Shown in pieces: positions 1-9,479 of a stretch of DNA of 32,000 nt. Source of the stretch: Polynucleobacter parvulilacunae. Its GTDB lineage: Bacteria > Pseudomonadota > Gammaproteobacteria > Burkholderiales > Burkholderiaceae. A program made the position numbers and the translations under genes. The stretch is from the NCBI RefSeq assembly GCF_018881715.1, contig NZ_JACVPW010000001.1, forward strand, positions 241,337 through 273,336. The letters are read 5' to 3'. Numbering within the stretch: the first letter of the stretch is position 1; every line of letters starts with the position of its first letter. The notes under the pieces were generated by a model. The model ran no database searches. It saw nothing but the letters and a program-made list of their open reading frames with translations, and was not told the origin of the DNA.

Positions 1-85
1 GACATTTTTCAGTATGGAACTGACCGGTCTTACCAGTAATACCTTGTGTAATGACTTTGGTGTTTTTATTGATCAAAATAGACAT
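1..85 (-). CDS. sucD: succinyl-CoA ligase alpha subunit, N-terminal 28 codons only (runs off the window)
   Basis: The reverse complement of 1..85 reads [28 protein letters not shown], a typical SucD N-terminus. It lies 15 bp downstream of sucC in the same orientation. Confidence 0.8.
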   Translation of the reverse strand, partial: MSILINKNTKVITQGITGKTGQFHTEKC

Positions 86-100
86 ATCGAAATTCCTGGA

Positions 101-1270
101 TTATTTGTTTTTGGCAACAGCAGCAACTACCTTGGTAGCAGCTTCAGCCATTGAATCGGCGCTAATAATTGGCAAACCAGAGTCCGCAAGAATCTTCTTG
201 CCCAACTCTTCGTTTGTACCCTTCATGCGCACAACCAAAGGTACTGTGAGGTTTACTGCTTTACATGCAGTAACAACACCATCAGCGATCACGTCGCAAC
301 GCATAATGCCGCCGAAAATGTTAACCAAAATCGCTTCAACACTCTTGTTCTTCAACATGATCTTGAATGCTTCAGTTACTTTTTCTGCTGTAGCGCCGCC
401 ACCTACGTCCAAGAAGTTCGCAGGCTCGCCACCGAACAACTTAATAGTGTCCATAGTCGCCATCGCCAAGCCCGCACCGTTTACTAAACAGCCGATATTG
501 CCGTCCAATGAGATATAAGCTAGATCAAATTTTGACGCTTCAATTTCAGCAGCATCTTCTTCATCGATATCGCGGTAAGCAACGATTTCTGGATGACGAT
601 ACAAGGCATTTGGATCGAAATTGAACTTAGCATCTAATGCCTTGATCTTGCCGTTGCCTTCAAGAATTAATGGGTTGATTTCAACCAATGAGGCATCGGT
701 ATCCCAATAAGTCTTGTACAAGTTTTTAAATACGTCACGCGCCATTGGAATAGACGCTTCTGGAACGCCGATACCTTTAGCAACGATGTCGCAATCTGCA
801 TCTGTCAAACCAACCATTGGATCAACAAATACTTTGATAATTTTTTCTGGGTGAGATTCTGCAACTTCCTCAATATCCATACCGCCTTCGCTAGAAGCCA
901 TGATCACATTCTTCTGTGTTCCGCGGTCTGTAACGATACTGAAGTAGTACTCTTTTTTAATATCAGCGCCATCTTCAATGAGGAGGCGATTAACTTTTTG
1001 ACCTTCTGGTCCAGTTTGATGCGTCTTGAGCTGCATGCCCAAAATTTCTGAAGCATATTTCTTCACTTCGTCCATGCTTCTTGCTAATTTTACGCCGCCG
1101 CCTTTACCGCGACCACCAGCATGAATCTGCGCCTTCACAACCCACACCGGGCCACCGAGTTTTTCAGCAGCTTTCACTGCCTCATCAACACTAAATGCAG
1201 GAATGCCATTAGGAACTGGCACATTAAATTGGCGAAGAAGTTCTTTGCCTTGGTACTCGTGAATTTTCAT
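101..1270 (-). CDS. sucC: succinyl-CoA ligase (ADP-forming) beta subunit
   Basis: 389-aa ORF starting [12 protein letters not shown]..., with ATP-grasp motifs such as [17 protein letters not shown]. The sucC-sucD order is canonical. Confidence 0.97.
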   Translation of the reverse strand: MKIHEYQGKELLRQFNVPVPNGIPAFSVDEAVKAAEKLGGPVWVVKAQIHAGGRGKGGGVKLARSMDEVKKYASEILGMQLKTHQTGPEGQKVNRLLIEDGADIKKEYYFSIVTDRGTQKNVIMASSEGGMDIEEVAESHPEKIIKVFVDPMVGLTDADCDIVAKGIGVPEASIPMARDVFKNLYKTYWDTDASLVEINPLILEGNGKIKALDAKFNFDPNALYRHPEIVAYRDIDEEDAAEIEASKFDLAYISLDGNIGCLVNGAGLAMATMDTIKLFGGEPANFLDVGGGATAEKVTEAFKIMLKNKSVEAILVNIFGGIMRCDVIADGVVTACKAVNLTVPLVVRMKGTNEELGKKILADSGLPIISADSMAEAATKVVAAVAKNK

Positions 1271-1458
1271 AATTACTCCGAAACGGTATCTTTTTTAGCA
1301 AGCGATGAGGATTAGTAAAACCGATGTCGCCACAATCTCATACTTACTCTAGAACTGGCTATAAATGCCAAATTTGAATAAATGCGAACGGCTTGACCGA
1401 CTCCATAAGTCTATCATGCTGCAATGCCGCAAATAGCGTTTAGGCATCCGTAATTGCC

Positions 1459-1992
1459 CTAATCAGGGCTTTGACCACCCAGCACTTTACCCACAACTTC
1501 TGAACTAAAACCCTTGGAAGCTAAAAACCGATATTGCCTGGCTTTCTCTTTTTGGTCCTGAGCTCGGACACCATATTTTCTTGTCCAGAGGTCAAAAGCC
1601 CGCTGAAATTCAGTTTCCTTGAGGGCACCAAGAAGTTTGGCTGACTGCTTGGAATCCACGCCTGCCCGCTCGAGCTCATCAGCAATCTTTCGCATGCCGT
1701 AGCGCTCACTGCGTCGACGGACCAAGGATTCAGCAAAACGTTCGTCCGAGAGCCAGCCCCTGGACTCAAAATCATCCAAAACTGCCTCAATCTGAGAATT
1801 TCTGGATTCCGGAGTCTGTTCCGCCTGATCGCCTCCTAGCTTGCTCCACCTAGCCTCGGATTCAGCCAGTTTTGCAGCCAGGCCTTTGCGGCTATATTCC
1901 CGCAGCGACAAAAGGCGCAAAGCCCGAGCTTTGAGACTCGGGCTTTGTTTGACCTTCTTATTGCTACTTAATTCTGACATTGAGTTATTCAA
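1459..1992 (-). CDS. recX: recombination regulator RecX
   Basis: 177-aa ORF beginning 5 bp after the recA stop. It shows a RecX-like helical-repeat pattern (ALRLLSLREYSRKGLAAKL ...). Confidence 0.85.
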   Translation of the reverse strand: MNNSMSELSSNKKVKQSPSLKARALRLLSLREYSRKGLAAKLAESEARWSKLGGDQAEQTPESRNSQIEAVLDDFESRGWLSDERFAESLVRRRSERYGMRKIADELERAGVDSKQSAKLLGALKETEFQRAFDLWTRKYGVRAQDQKEKARQYRFLASKGFSSEVVGKVLGGQSPD

Positions 1993-1997
1993 CGCGC

Positions 1998-3086
1998 TTA
2001 TTCGACTTCCTCTTCGCTCAGCACATCAGTCACTACCGCTGAACCAGACTTGACGCCCAACTTTTGACGAATTTTTGCTTCGATATCTTTAGCAATGGCT
2101 GGATTCTCTTTCAAGAACTCACGCACATTATCTTTACCCTGACCAATACGATCGCCGTTATAGCTGTACCAAGAGCCAGACTTTTCAACGAGGTCAGCTT
2201 CAACACCCATATCAATGATTTCGCCTTCTCTAGAAATACCAGCGCCATACATAATGTCAAAGATGGCTTCGCGGAAAGGAGGAGACACTTTGTTCTTCAC
2301 AACCTTCACGCGGGTTTCATTACCAACAACCTCATCACCTTTTTTGATGCTGCCGATACGGCGGATATCTAAACGCATAGAAGCGTAGAACTTCAGCGCA
2401 TTGCCGCCAGTAGTGGTTTCTGGGGAACCAAACATCACACCAATCTTCATACGAATCTGGTTAATGAAGATCACGGTAGTGTTCGTACGCTTGATCGCGC
2501 CAGTTAACTTACGCAAGGCTTGGCTCATCAAACGCGCCTGCAAGCCAGGCAATGAATCCCCCATATCGCCTTCGATCTCTGCACGTGGAACCAATGCGGC
2601 CACTGAGTCGATTACGATCAAATCAATAGAGCCAGAGCGCACCAATGCGTCTGCAATTTCTAAAGCTTGTTCGCCGGTATCGGGCTGAGAGATTAAAAGA
2701 TTATTTACATCTACACCGAGACGTGATGCGTACTGCACATCTAAAGCATGCTCCGCATCAATAAATGCGCAAGTGCCGCCAAGCTTTTGCATTTCTGCAA
2801 TCGCGTGCAAGGTTAAGGTTGTTTTACCTGAAGATTCTGGGCCGTAGATCTCAATCACACGACCACGTGCAAGACCACCAACTCCAAGTGCGATATCTAA
2901 TCCGAGTGAACCGCTAGAAACCACTCCAATATCTTCGCTAATTTCAGCATCGCCCAATCTCATGATTGAACCTTTGCCAAACTGTTTCTCAATTTGCGCC
3001 AGTGCTGCAGTTAATGCTTTTTGCTTGTCTCCGCTCATTCCTTCAAATTCTGAAGAGGCTGATTGCTTTTTGTTATCCAAGGCCAT
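1998..3086 (-). CDS. recA: recombinase RecA
   Basis: 362-aa ORF with Walker [10 protein letters not shown], the [10 protein letters not shown] motif and L1/L2 loop regions. This is an unmistakable RecA. Confidence 0.98.
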   Translation of the reverse strand: MALDNKKQSASSEFEGMSGDKQKALTAALAQIEKQFGKGSIMRLGDAEISEDIGVVSSGSLGLDIALGVGGLARGRVIEIYGPESSGKTTLTLHAIAEMQKLGGTCAFIDAEHALDVQYASRLGVDVNNLLISQPDTGEQALEIADALVRSGSIDLIVIDSVAALVPRAEIEGDMGDSLPGLQARLMSQALRKLTGAIKRTNTTVIFINQIRMKIGVMFGSPETTTGGNALKFYASMRLDIRRIGSIKKGDEVVGNETRVKVVKNKVSPPFREAIFDIMYGAGISREGEIIDMGVEADLVEKSGSWYSYNGDRIGQGKDNVREFLKENPAIAKDIEAKIRQKLGVKSGSAVVTDVLSEEEVE

Positions 3087-3159
3087 TTTTTAATTCCTTT
3101 TCGCTATGTACTGGGCTTTTTCCCGAAGTTTTATCTACTGTGTAACAACTTAGGAGCTA

Positions 3160-3175
3160 CTGTATATAAAAACAG
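3160..3175. promoter_or_regulatory. LexA (SOS) box upstream of recA
   Basis: CTGTATATAAAAACAG matches the proteobacterial CTGT-N8-ACAG consensus. It lies 74-89 bp upstream of the recA start and overlaps a TTGCAA...TATACA promoter-like region on the minus strand. Confidence 0.7.
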
Positions 3176-3194
3176 TGGTCTTTGCAAGCGACTT

Positions 3195-3737
3195 TTAAAC
3201 TGAATTTACAGATTCTTTACTAGGCTGGGCTTGATTAGCTCGGTCCCAATAGAAAAAGAGGGGTATAGCCACAGCCCAAACCACCCCTACCAAGATAAAT
3301 CCAGTGATTTGACCGCCCGGAGCCCATCCGCCAGCCCCCATCCGAATACCAGCCTCGTAGGACATTGGACCAGCAATACCTCCCAAAACGGTCCCTAAAA
3401 CAGGCCTACCACGCAACCAAGTCAATGAGCCATTAATCGTGGTTGCCACCAATACCCATAAAACCCACATCCAGAGAGGAGATAAATAAGGCGATGGCCA
3501 ATCATCCCCAAAATTTAGGTATCCCAAATGCATGATGAGGGTGTCAGCGACCAAGCCAAAGATAAAGGCTTTCAATAAAAGGCTTATTTCTGTTTTAGGA
3601 GAAGGTGAACGCCAGGCATGGAAGGCGATATAAGCCAGAGTAGCAATCACCGCCCAAAGCACGTTCTGATTGGCTGCGCCCAGGACACAGGCAAACCAAC
3701 CAAGCTGGAAAATTACAAAGTTCCAAAATTTAGCCAT
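3195..3737 (-). CDS. polytopic inner-membrane protein (DUF2878-like)
   Basis: The ORF is hydrophobic throughout. I moved the start to MAKFWNF (ATG at 3735..3737) because the 5' extension in the ORF track overlaps the tRNA terminator hairpin. Confidence 0.6.
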   Translation of the reverse strand: MAKFWNFVIFQLGWFACVLGAANQNVLWAVIATLAYIAFHAWRSPSPKTEISLLLKAFIFGLVADTLIMHLGYLNFGDDWPSPYLSPLWMWVLWVLVATTINGSLTWLRGRPVLGTVLGGIAGPMSYEAGIRMGAGGWAPGGQITGFILVGVVWAVAIPLFFYWDRANQAQPSKESVNSV

Positions 3738-3753
3738 TACCAAGCACCCTAAG

Positions 3754-3785
3754 AAAAAGGCCACTGCCGAGGGGCAATGGCCTTT
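3754..3785 (-). terminator. rho-independent terminator downstream of the tRNA
   Basis: 13-bp stem 3756..3768 / 3773..3785 with loop GAGG. The single mismatch becomes a G-U pair only in the minus-strand transcript. The stem is followed on the minus strand by TTTTTCTT. Confidence 0.6.
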
Positions 3786-3790
3786 AGATT

Positions 3791-3867
3791 TGGTGGCGAA
3801 TCAGGGATTTGAACCCCGGACCTGCGGATTATGATTCCGTCGCTCTAACCAGCTGAGCTAATTCGCC
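3791..3867 (-). tRNA. tRNA with anticodon CAU (elongator Met or lysidine-modified Ile2), CCA encoded
   Basis: The reverse complement folds as a cloverleaf: GGCGAAT TA GCTC AGCTGGTTA GAGC G ACGGA ATCATAA TCCGC AGGTC CGGGG TTCAAAT CCCTG ATTCGCC ACCA. It is not an initiator, since 1-72 is paired and there is no GGG/CCC anticodon stem. Confidence 0.9.
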
Positions 3868-3874
3868 GAACTCG
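3829..3874. repeat. island direct repeat, left copy (attL core), part of the intact tRNA
   Basis: Identical to 30199..30244. The match continues to 3879/30249 with one mismatch. It covers the tRNA 5' end through the whole anticodon loop plus 7 nt of leader. Confidence 0.9.
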
Positions 3875-3987
3875 TTATTTTAGCGTAATTTAGCCTAGAG
3901 AGCTATTTCGAGCCGCCTAAACTCTTCTTCTCTTAAAAAACGGTGTTTTTACGGTAAATCTACGGTACACACCTTGTTTACAGAATT

Positions 3988-4004
3988 TGTCGTTTTAAAC
4001 GACA
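3988..4004. repeat. palindrome S1 TGTCGTTTTAAACGACA (17/17)
   Basis: Exact 17-bp palindrome, 121 bp from the tRNA 5' end, just inside the left island border. Confidence 0.9.
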
Positions 4005-4379
4005 GTTTTACCCTTGAAATCTATAAACGAAACTAGCTAGAATGAAAGCGCCCATTTCGGGTTAATTAGAAAGGTGATTTATGTCACAGTTTTTGTTAGC
4101 CCCATCTCAATACACATCCACTAGTGTGAGAGCTTAACTAAAAGGGGTAACGAGGAAACAACGCAAAAAGTTGGCGCTTTGTAATAAAGCGAGCTACTTC
4201 CAGTGCTTGATAGTGGTCATAACTGGGACCGAAAGGTGTAATGCGGGAAGTTGTTAGTTAAGCCTGCCAACCTTCATACCACTTAGGTGGAGACTATGAA
4301 GCAGAAGTTGATATTGAGGCAGCTTCCGTTTCCGCCTACCGCAGCATTCTTTTAAAAAATATGAAATGCAAAAAAATTC

Positions 4380-4622
4380 ATGGCCAAACCAACTTTAGCT
4401 GCTGATCAAATTCAAGCTGAACTCCAACAGCAAGTAAACAACATACAAGAAATTCGCGAAGATAATGCCACCGCTATTGTTCCACTTCCCTACCTGCATG
4501 AAAGAGATGAATTAGGATGCAACTGGAATATATCTTCCATTAGAGGTGGCAATGGATACATGGGCGCAATTGGCAGAATAGTTTCCAACTATAGGATGCA
4601 GGTTGACCTAGCCCATGACTAG
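4380..4622 (+). CDS. hypothetical protein (80 aa)
   Basis: The ORF overlaps the next gene by 8 bp, which suggests coupling. I recognise no motif and the ribosome-binding site is weak. Confidence 0.4.
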   Translation: MAKPTLAADQIQAELQQQVNNIQEIREDNATAIVPLPYLHERDELGCNWNISSIRGGNGYMGAIGRIVSNYRMQVDLAHD

Positions 4623-5238
4623 TTACTGGTGGATTCTGATTCCCATTGCGGGATTACTTGGCTACTCGGCCAAAACTTATCGCGCCTATCAATTTCAAAA
4701 TCTTGGTGAAACCCTAGTTCGCAGAGCTTTAACTGGATACCTACCATCACATTCATGGCATCTTTTAAATAATGTCACATTACAAACTCCTGACGGAACT
4801 ACCCAAATTGACCATGTTTTAGTTTCACGCTTTGGGGTTTTTGTAATTGAGACCAAACATTACAGGGGTTGGATTTTTGGTGACGGCAAATCTAAAGAGT
4901 GGACGCAGGTTGTATGGGGTCGAAAGTATCGATTCCAAAACCCTCTTCACCAAAACTACAGACACCTTAAAGCAATAACTTCCACGCTCGATTTCTTAAC
5001 CCCAGAGCAGATTTTTGGCGTTGTAGTATTTACTGGTGCAGCTGAATTTAAAACAGAACAGCCTTCGAACGTTTATTCGCTTGAAGGCCTCTTATCTCAC
5101 CTAAAAAATCTAAATCAGGAACTTATCACCGAAAATAGAATGCAGTTTTGCGTAGGAAGGTTAGAGTGCATACGTCTCGCCTTGACCCAAGAGACGGACA
5201 TTGAACATCGAATCAATCTAGCCAAGAAATATCGATAG
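4615..5238 (+). CDS. NERD (nuclease-related domain) protein with N-terminal TM helix
   Basis: The pattern IDHVLVSRFGVFVIETKHYRGWIFG is the D..(D/E).K-type NERD core. It is preceded by a hydrophobic helix, WWILIPIAGLLGY. Confidence 0.75.
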   Translation: MTSYWWILIPIAGLLGYSAKTYRAYQFQNLGETLVRRALTGYLPSHSWHLLNNVTLQTPDGTTQIDHVLVSRFGVFVIETKHYRGWIFGDGKSKEWTQVVWGRKYRFQNPLHQNYRHLKAITSTLDFLTPEQIFGVVVFTGAAEFKTEQPSNVYSLEGLLSHLKNLNQELITENRMQFCVGRLECIRLALTQETDIEHRINLAKKYR

Positions 5239-5240
5239 GT

Positions 5241-5633
5241 CTATAAGTTTTTTGTAGCAATATCAACTTCACTACAAAATCTATTTTTCTCTTCAAAACC
5301 CCACTGACATTGCCATACCCGCCCATCAAGGCTGTCAGTTAAAAGAAAATTCCACATATTATCTGTAGCAGTCAAATAGAAACGGCCATCTACTTCTTTA
5401 TCTGTCAGAATTTTTGAGGAAAGCACGGTTGGCCCACTATACCCATCTTTAATTGAATATTGCTCTTGCCATATACGCCCATTGCGGGAATCGAGAAGCA
5501 AGAAATTCCACATGTTCTGCGTTTTATACAAAACAAATCTTTTAACCTCAATCTTTGAAGAGGCAAAGGGGGATCCGTCACATCCAACTAAGAATAAGCA
5601 AAGAATAAAACCAATCAAAATACTCTTTTTCAT
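5241..5633 (-). CDS. lipoprotein with an internal tandem duplication
   Basis: Signal peptide plus lipobox MKKSILIGFILCLFLVGC and a strong SD (GGAGGAAAG ATG). Two copies of an NMWNFLL.DS..GR.WQ.Q motif are present. Confidence 0.6.
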   Translation of the reverse strand: MKKSILIGFILCLFLVGCDGSPFASSKIEVKRFVLYKTQNMWNFLLLDSRNGRIWQEQYSIKDGYSGPTVLSSKILTDKEVDGRFYLTATDNMWNFLLTDSLDGRVWQCQWGFEEKNRFCSEVDIATKNL

Positions 5634-5654
5634 CTTTCCTCCGAATATTGATAT

Positions 5655-7640
5655 TTAAATTTCTTCAATTCCACAGCCTTTAAGGAATCGATAGGTTTGG
5701 TCATAAAAATCTTTTTGTCGTGTTGGATCAGAATCATCACCCTCTGGAACAAATATCACAACCCCCTGTCTTCCACGAGTTAGCAGTACCCGATAAGAGT
5801 TAGCAATATATTTTTGTTTTTCTAAGCCATGTACTGTTTGCCACTTAGAGCCGGAGAAGTTATAGGTGACCCACTTACCATCTTCAATTCTGAAGTTCGC
5901 ATCCCAGCAAACGCCAACCCAATCAATTTCCAGGCCCTGCACATCAAACTCTGTTGCCACATCCTCTAAATAGTGTGATGAGCGAATATCACTCTTGCCC
6001 TTAAGGAACCAAAGTGTCGGGTCTATTTCACCCTTCACAAATATTCCCGATGGTTTAAGCCTTATTGCATTTGATGAAGCAACGAGTCCAATGCGCTCAG
6101 TCCCTCTAGCCCAGTCCTTCAATCTATCTTTTGCCCTATCTAGTTTGCGTGTCAAATAAATTGGATAGCTATTTATATGCTGCTTTATCTCTCTTGCCTT
6201 ATTTGAATCCCCAGAAATTAGAGCGCCAACAAAAGCTGATAATTTCTCCGCCCTAAACGAGCGCAGGGAAACAGACAGATTTAGATCTGGCTCAATATGC
6301 AAATTGAGTGGACCTTGATCCTCAAGCCACTCTTTACTCAAAGCGTAATCAGACTTAAATATTTCGTCTGAGAAATGTATTTCCCAGTCTTGATAGTGCT
6401 CTTTTAATGCTGTGATCCACTCTGTAATTCCAGCTTCACCAGTATTAATTTCTTGACCGCCTCCAATCAAACAAACGACCACACACCAATCCTTGTGACG
6501 GTTCATTACAGAAAGCAAGAAATCAGGTTCGGACATGGAAAAGTTATCTTGTCCACGCTTACGCTTCATAAATGATGAAGCCTGCTCCTTATTCCAAGCT
6601 CGCTGCGCTTCATCAAATATCACGACTTTTTCAACAGGTGGCGCATCGGACGCTAAATTGTCATCCCGGAAGTGGTGAATATTTTGAATGAAAGCTGCAG
6701 CCTTTTGTTCGGCTGGCTTTCTTTTAATTCTTTCTTCTTTTGGCAAAAAATCATTCTCAGCCAATTGATCCTGCACTAATGCTTCGCGCAATACGGCCAC
6801 CAATGGTCCATTGCCCGATAAGAAGACAGCATGTTCATTTTCAAGATATCGCATACGTTCAATAGCAATATTCAGCCCAGCCAAACTTTTCCCAGCGCCA
6901 GGTGCGCCCGTGATTAGGCAAATTACTTTTTTGTTATTTGCTTTTGCGTCATCAATAACTTTTGATACATGGCCGCATGTCTTGGTTAGATTTATTGCTC
7001 CAGCATCAGATCGCGATATTTCATCTACTTTATGGCCTTTATACAAAGCCTGAGCAGCTTCAACAATAGTAGGGGTTGGATGATAGGTAGAGCTTATCCA
7101 AATACCAGGATCTAAGTCTACCTTTGGTAAAGAGATTGATACAAGATTAAGAGCATCCAATAAATTATTAGAGTTTGCCAGGACGGGGCTTGCTACACCA
7201 TCATTCCCAATCACTAATTTCTGCGCTTTTCCTGGAGCATCTGTAGCCACCAAAATTGGAATGATGTTTAAGTGATGGCTAGCCTTATGAAAATTCTTTA
7301 AATCCAAAGCGTAGTCATGGGCTTGATCTATTGAGATGGTGTCATACGACTTGGCGCCAACCTTGTACTCCAAAACTACAATAGAGCCATCTAATATGAG
7401 AATGGCATCAACACGCTTGCCAATCCTGGGTATCTCAAATTCAAGCAATAAGGTTGCCTTTGGAAATCCAACCAAGATCTGCTTAAGTTCAATAATTTGC
7501 CTACGCCAAGCATTAATTTGCTGTTGCTCTAATTGCCTGAATTTATGTTGATTTGTTAGCTGACCCAAGATTTCATCATCTTGAGTGGTACGGAAGCTAC
7601 TTACTTCCGCTTTATAGGCAAAACGATTAGATAAATTCAT
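5655..7640 (-). CDS. DUF2075-type protein: N-terminal PD-(D/E)xK-like nuclease module plus P-loop NTPase/helicase-like domain
   Basis: N-terminus RIGKRVDAILILDGSIVVLEYKVG, Walker A GAPGAGKS, Walker B VVIFDEAQ, and the C-terminal YRVLLTRGRQGVVIF typical of this family. Confidence 0.75.
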   Translation of the reverse strand: MNLSNRFAYKAEVSSFRTTQDDEILGQLTNQHKFRQLEQQQINAWRRQIIELKQILVGFPKATLLLEFEIPRIGKRVDAILILDGSIVVLEYKVGAKSYDTISIDQAHDYALDLKNFHKASHHLNIIPILVATDAPGKAQKLVIGNDGVASPVLANSNNLLDALNLVSISLPKVDLDPGIWISSTYHPTPTIVEAAQALYKGHKVDEISRSDAGAINLTKTCGHVSKVIDDAKANNKKVICLITGAPGAGKSLAGLNIAIERMRYLENEHAVFLSGNGPLVAVLREALVQDQLAENDFLPKEERIKRKPAEQKAAAFIQNIHHFRDDNLASDAPPVEKVVIFDEAQRAWNKEQASSFMKRKRGQDNFSMSEPDFLLSVMNRHKDWCVVVCLIGGGQEINTGEAGITEWITALKEHYQDWEIHFSDEIFKSDYALSKEWLEDQGPLNLHIEPDLNLSVSLRSFRAEKLSAFVGALISGDSNKAREIKQHINSYPIYLTRKLDRAKDRLKDWARGTERIGLVASSNAIRLKPSGIFVKGEIDPTLWFLKGKSDIRSSHYLEDVATEFDVQGLEIDWVGVCWDANFRIEDGKWVTYNFSGSKWQTVHGLEKQKYIANSYRVLLTRGRQGVVIFVPEGDDSDPTRQKDFYDQTYRFLKGCGIEEI

Positions 7641-7678
7641 TTATACATTTTGACATGAGTTCGTGAGATCAAATCATT

Positions 7679-7695
7679 TTTCGTTTTAAACGACA
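7679..7695. repeat. palindrome S2 (16/17)
   Basis: TTTCGTTTTAAACGACA, ending 59 bp upstream of the integrase ATG. Confidence 0.85.
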
Positions 7696-7754
7696 TTTTC
7701 AGGTTGCCCAAAGCTACACACCGAAATTAAGCTATGTTTTTCAGCTAGAGAAAC

Positions 7755-9026
7755 ATGCCCAAAGAAACAGAAGTGCTTGCCCTTTTCTTTCAAAGCACCT
7801 CTACCCCTGAAAAATCACCCCAACTTAAATATCTAGAAAACCTTGCTACTGGCAAGCTAGTGCATATGAGAGATGGCAACATTACCTTATATAAGCGTGA
7901 GCGTAGCAAGCAATGGCAAATGCGCTTTAGGCTTTATGACAAGAAGTGGCACAGAGTCAGTACTGGCTACGAGGATCTGGAATATGCCAAAAAGAAAGCG
8001 GGTGATATTTACGATAGAGCCCGCTTTATGGAGGAGCTGGGATTACCGCCCTTAAACAAACGCTTTGATTCAGCGGCAGAAGCAACCAAAGTAGAACTAC
8101 AAAGCGATTTAGATAATGGCGTGGGCAAGAAAATCTATGTGGATTACATAGCTGTACTTGATAACTACCTGATTCCATTCTTTGGCAAGAAATTCCTAAC
8201 CAATATCAATCACCAAGATATTGCCGAGTACGAACTATGGCGAGCAGAGAAGATGAAACGCAAACTCATGCACTCAACCATGATGACGCACTTCTCTGCC
8301 TACAACAGGGTATTTGATTCAGCAATCAAGCGAGGATGGCTAAGCGATAAACACCCAGTTCCAAGGCTAGGCACTAAAGGCGAAAAGAGTACGCCAAGAC
8401 CCGCATTTACTAGAAAAGAGATTGATTACCTATTTGTCTTTATGAAAACTTGGAGTGAAGGCGGCAAAACAGAGGAAGCACATAACGGCAGATTGCTACT
8501 TAGGGACTACATAGAGATACTCATGGCAACAGGTATGCGCCATGGCACTGAAGCAAAGAACATTCAGTGGAAACACTTGGAGTGGCATACAGACAAGAGC
8601 ATTCGATATCTACGCATATGGGTAAGTGGCAAAACCGGTCCACGCTGGCTAATTGCAAGGCATGAAGCAGTACCCGTCATTGAGCGCCTCAAACAACGCT
8701 TTACTGAATGGGATCACTTAACGCTAGATCAACTCATAGAAGAAAAGCATGAAGAGTATTTGTGGCGGCATCCTAATGGCGAGCGCCCTTATGATTTTGT
8801 CAGTAGCTTTAAGTGGCTTATGAAGGATTCGGGCTTACTGCTATCAACTAACGGCTTAAAACGCACTTTGTACAGCTTTAGACACACCTACGCTACGTTT
8901 AGCTTAGTGGAGTGGAATATGGACATTCATACGCTAGCAAAGCAAATGGGCACGTCTGTACAAATGCTAGAACGCTTTTATAGCAAGCTCACAGCTACGC
9001 TAGCTGCAGAGAAATTAGCGGGATGA
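7755..9026 (+). CDS. tyrosine-type site-specific integrase (423 aa)
   Basis: C-terminal catalytic signature: ATGMRHGTE (Arg), SFRHTYAT (H-x-x-R), ...MGTSVQMLERFYSK (Tyr). The N-terminal arm-binding-like region is ITLYKRERSKQWQMRFRL. Confidence 0.9.
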   Translation: MPKETEVLALFFQSTSTPEKSPQLKYLENLATGKLVHMRDGNITLYKRERSKQWQMRFRLYDKKWHRVSTGYEDLEYAKKKAGDIYDRARFMEELGLPPLNKRFDSAAEATKVELQSDLDNGVGKKIYVDYIAVLDNYLIPFFGKKFLTNINHQDIAEYELWRAEKMKRKLMHSTMMTHFSAYNRVFDSAIKRGWLSDKHPVPRLGTKGEKSTPRPAFTRKEIDYLFVFMKTWSEGGKTEEAHNGRLLLRDYIEILMATGMRHGTEAKNIQWKHLEWHTDKSIRYLRIWVSGKTGPRWLIARHEAVPVIERLKQRFTEWDHLTLDQLIEEKHEEYLWRHPNGERPYDFVSSFKWLMKDSGLLLSTNGLKRTLYSFRHTYATFSLVEWNMDIHTLAKQMGTSVQMLERFYSKLTATLAAEKLAG

Positions 9027-9031
9027 ATATG

Positions 9032-9048
9032 TGTCGTTTTAAACGACT
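9032..9048. repeat. palindrome S3 (16/17)
   Basis: TGTCGTTTTAAACGACT, starting 6 bp after the integrase stop codon. Confidence 0.85.
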
Positions 9049-9479
9049 CGCTCATGGGTTGATGTAATGAACGCAAAGAAACTAAAAACTACCTCGGTTG
9101 ATTCCAAGCTGCCTGCACAAGTTAGATTTGAGCAAAGCCTACAAAATGCCATTCATTGTCAGGAGTCCATCTTAAGCATTGGCTATTTGCAATACGTAGC
9201 TGAATATAAAACCCATAACCCCATTAGTCATTCACGCATCACCTACAAAGTGATCCATAGAAATACAGGATGCTCTGTACTCATCAAATTAACCAGGGTT
9301 TTAAATGCTGGCTCAGGACTACGCAAACGCCAAAGAATCAACAGAACTACAAAACGAATATCAGTGAAATGGATGCCAAGACTCAAGACGAGGTATTGAT
9401 TTACGCATTACCTGTCAGCCAGACAATCTGTCAACCTATTAAAAGAGTAATCACCAGATCAAACCGCGATTTTGAATCG

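Noticed and set aside
51-3086. Antisense or alternative-frame ORFs inside sucC, recX and recA: 51..518, 851..1051, 1121..1315, 1521..1790, 1841..2053, 2064..2372, 2401..2688
   Set aside because: They lie opposite to, or (1521..1790) in another frame of, genes with unmistakable protein signatures. They have odd composition and no ribosome-binding sites.
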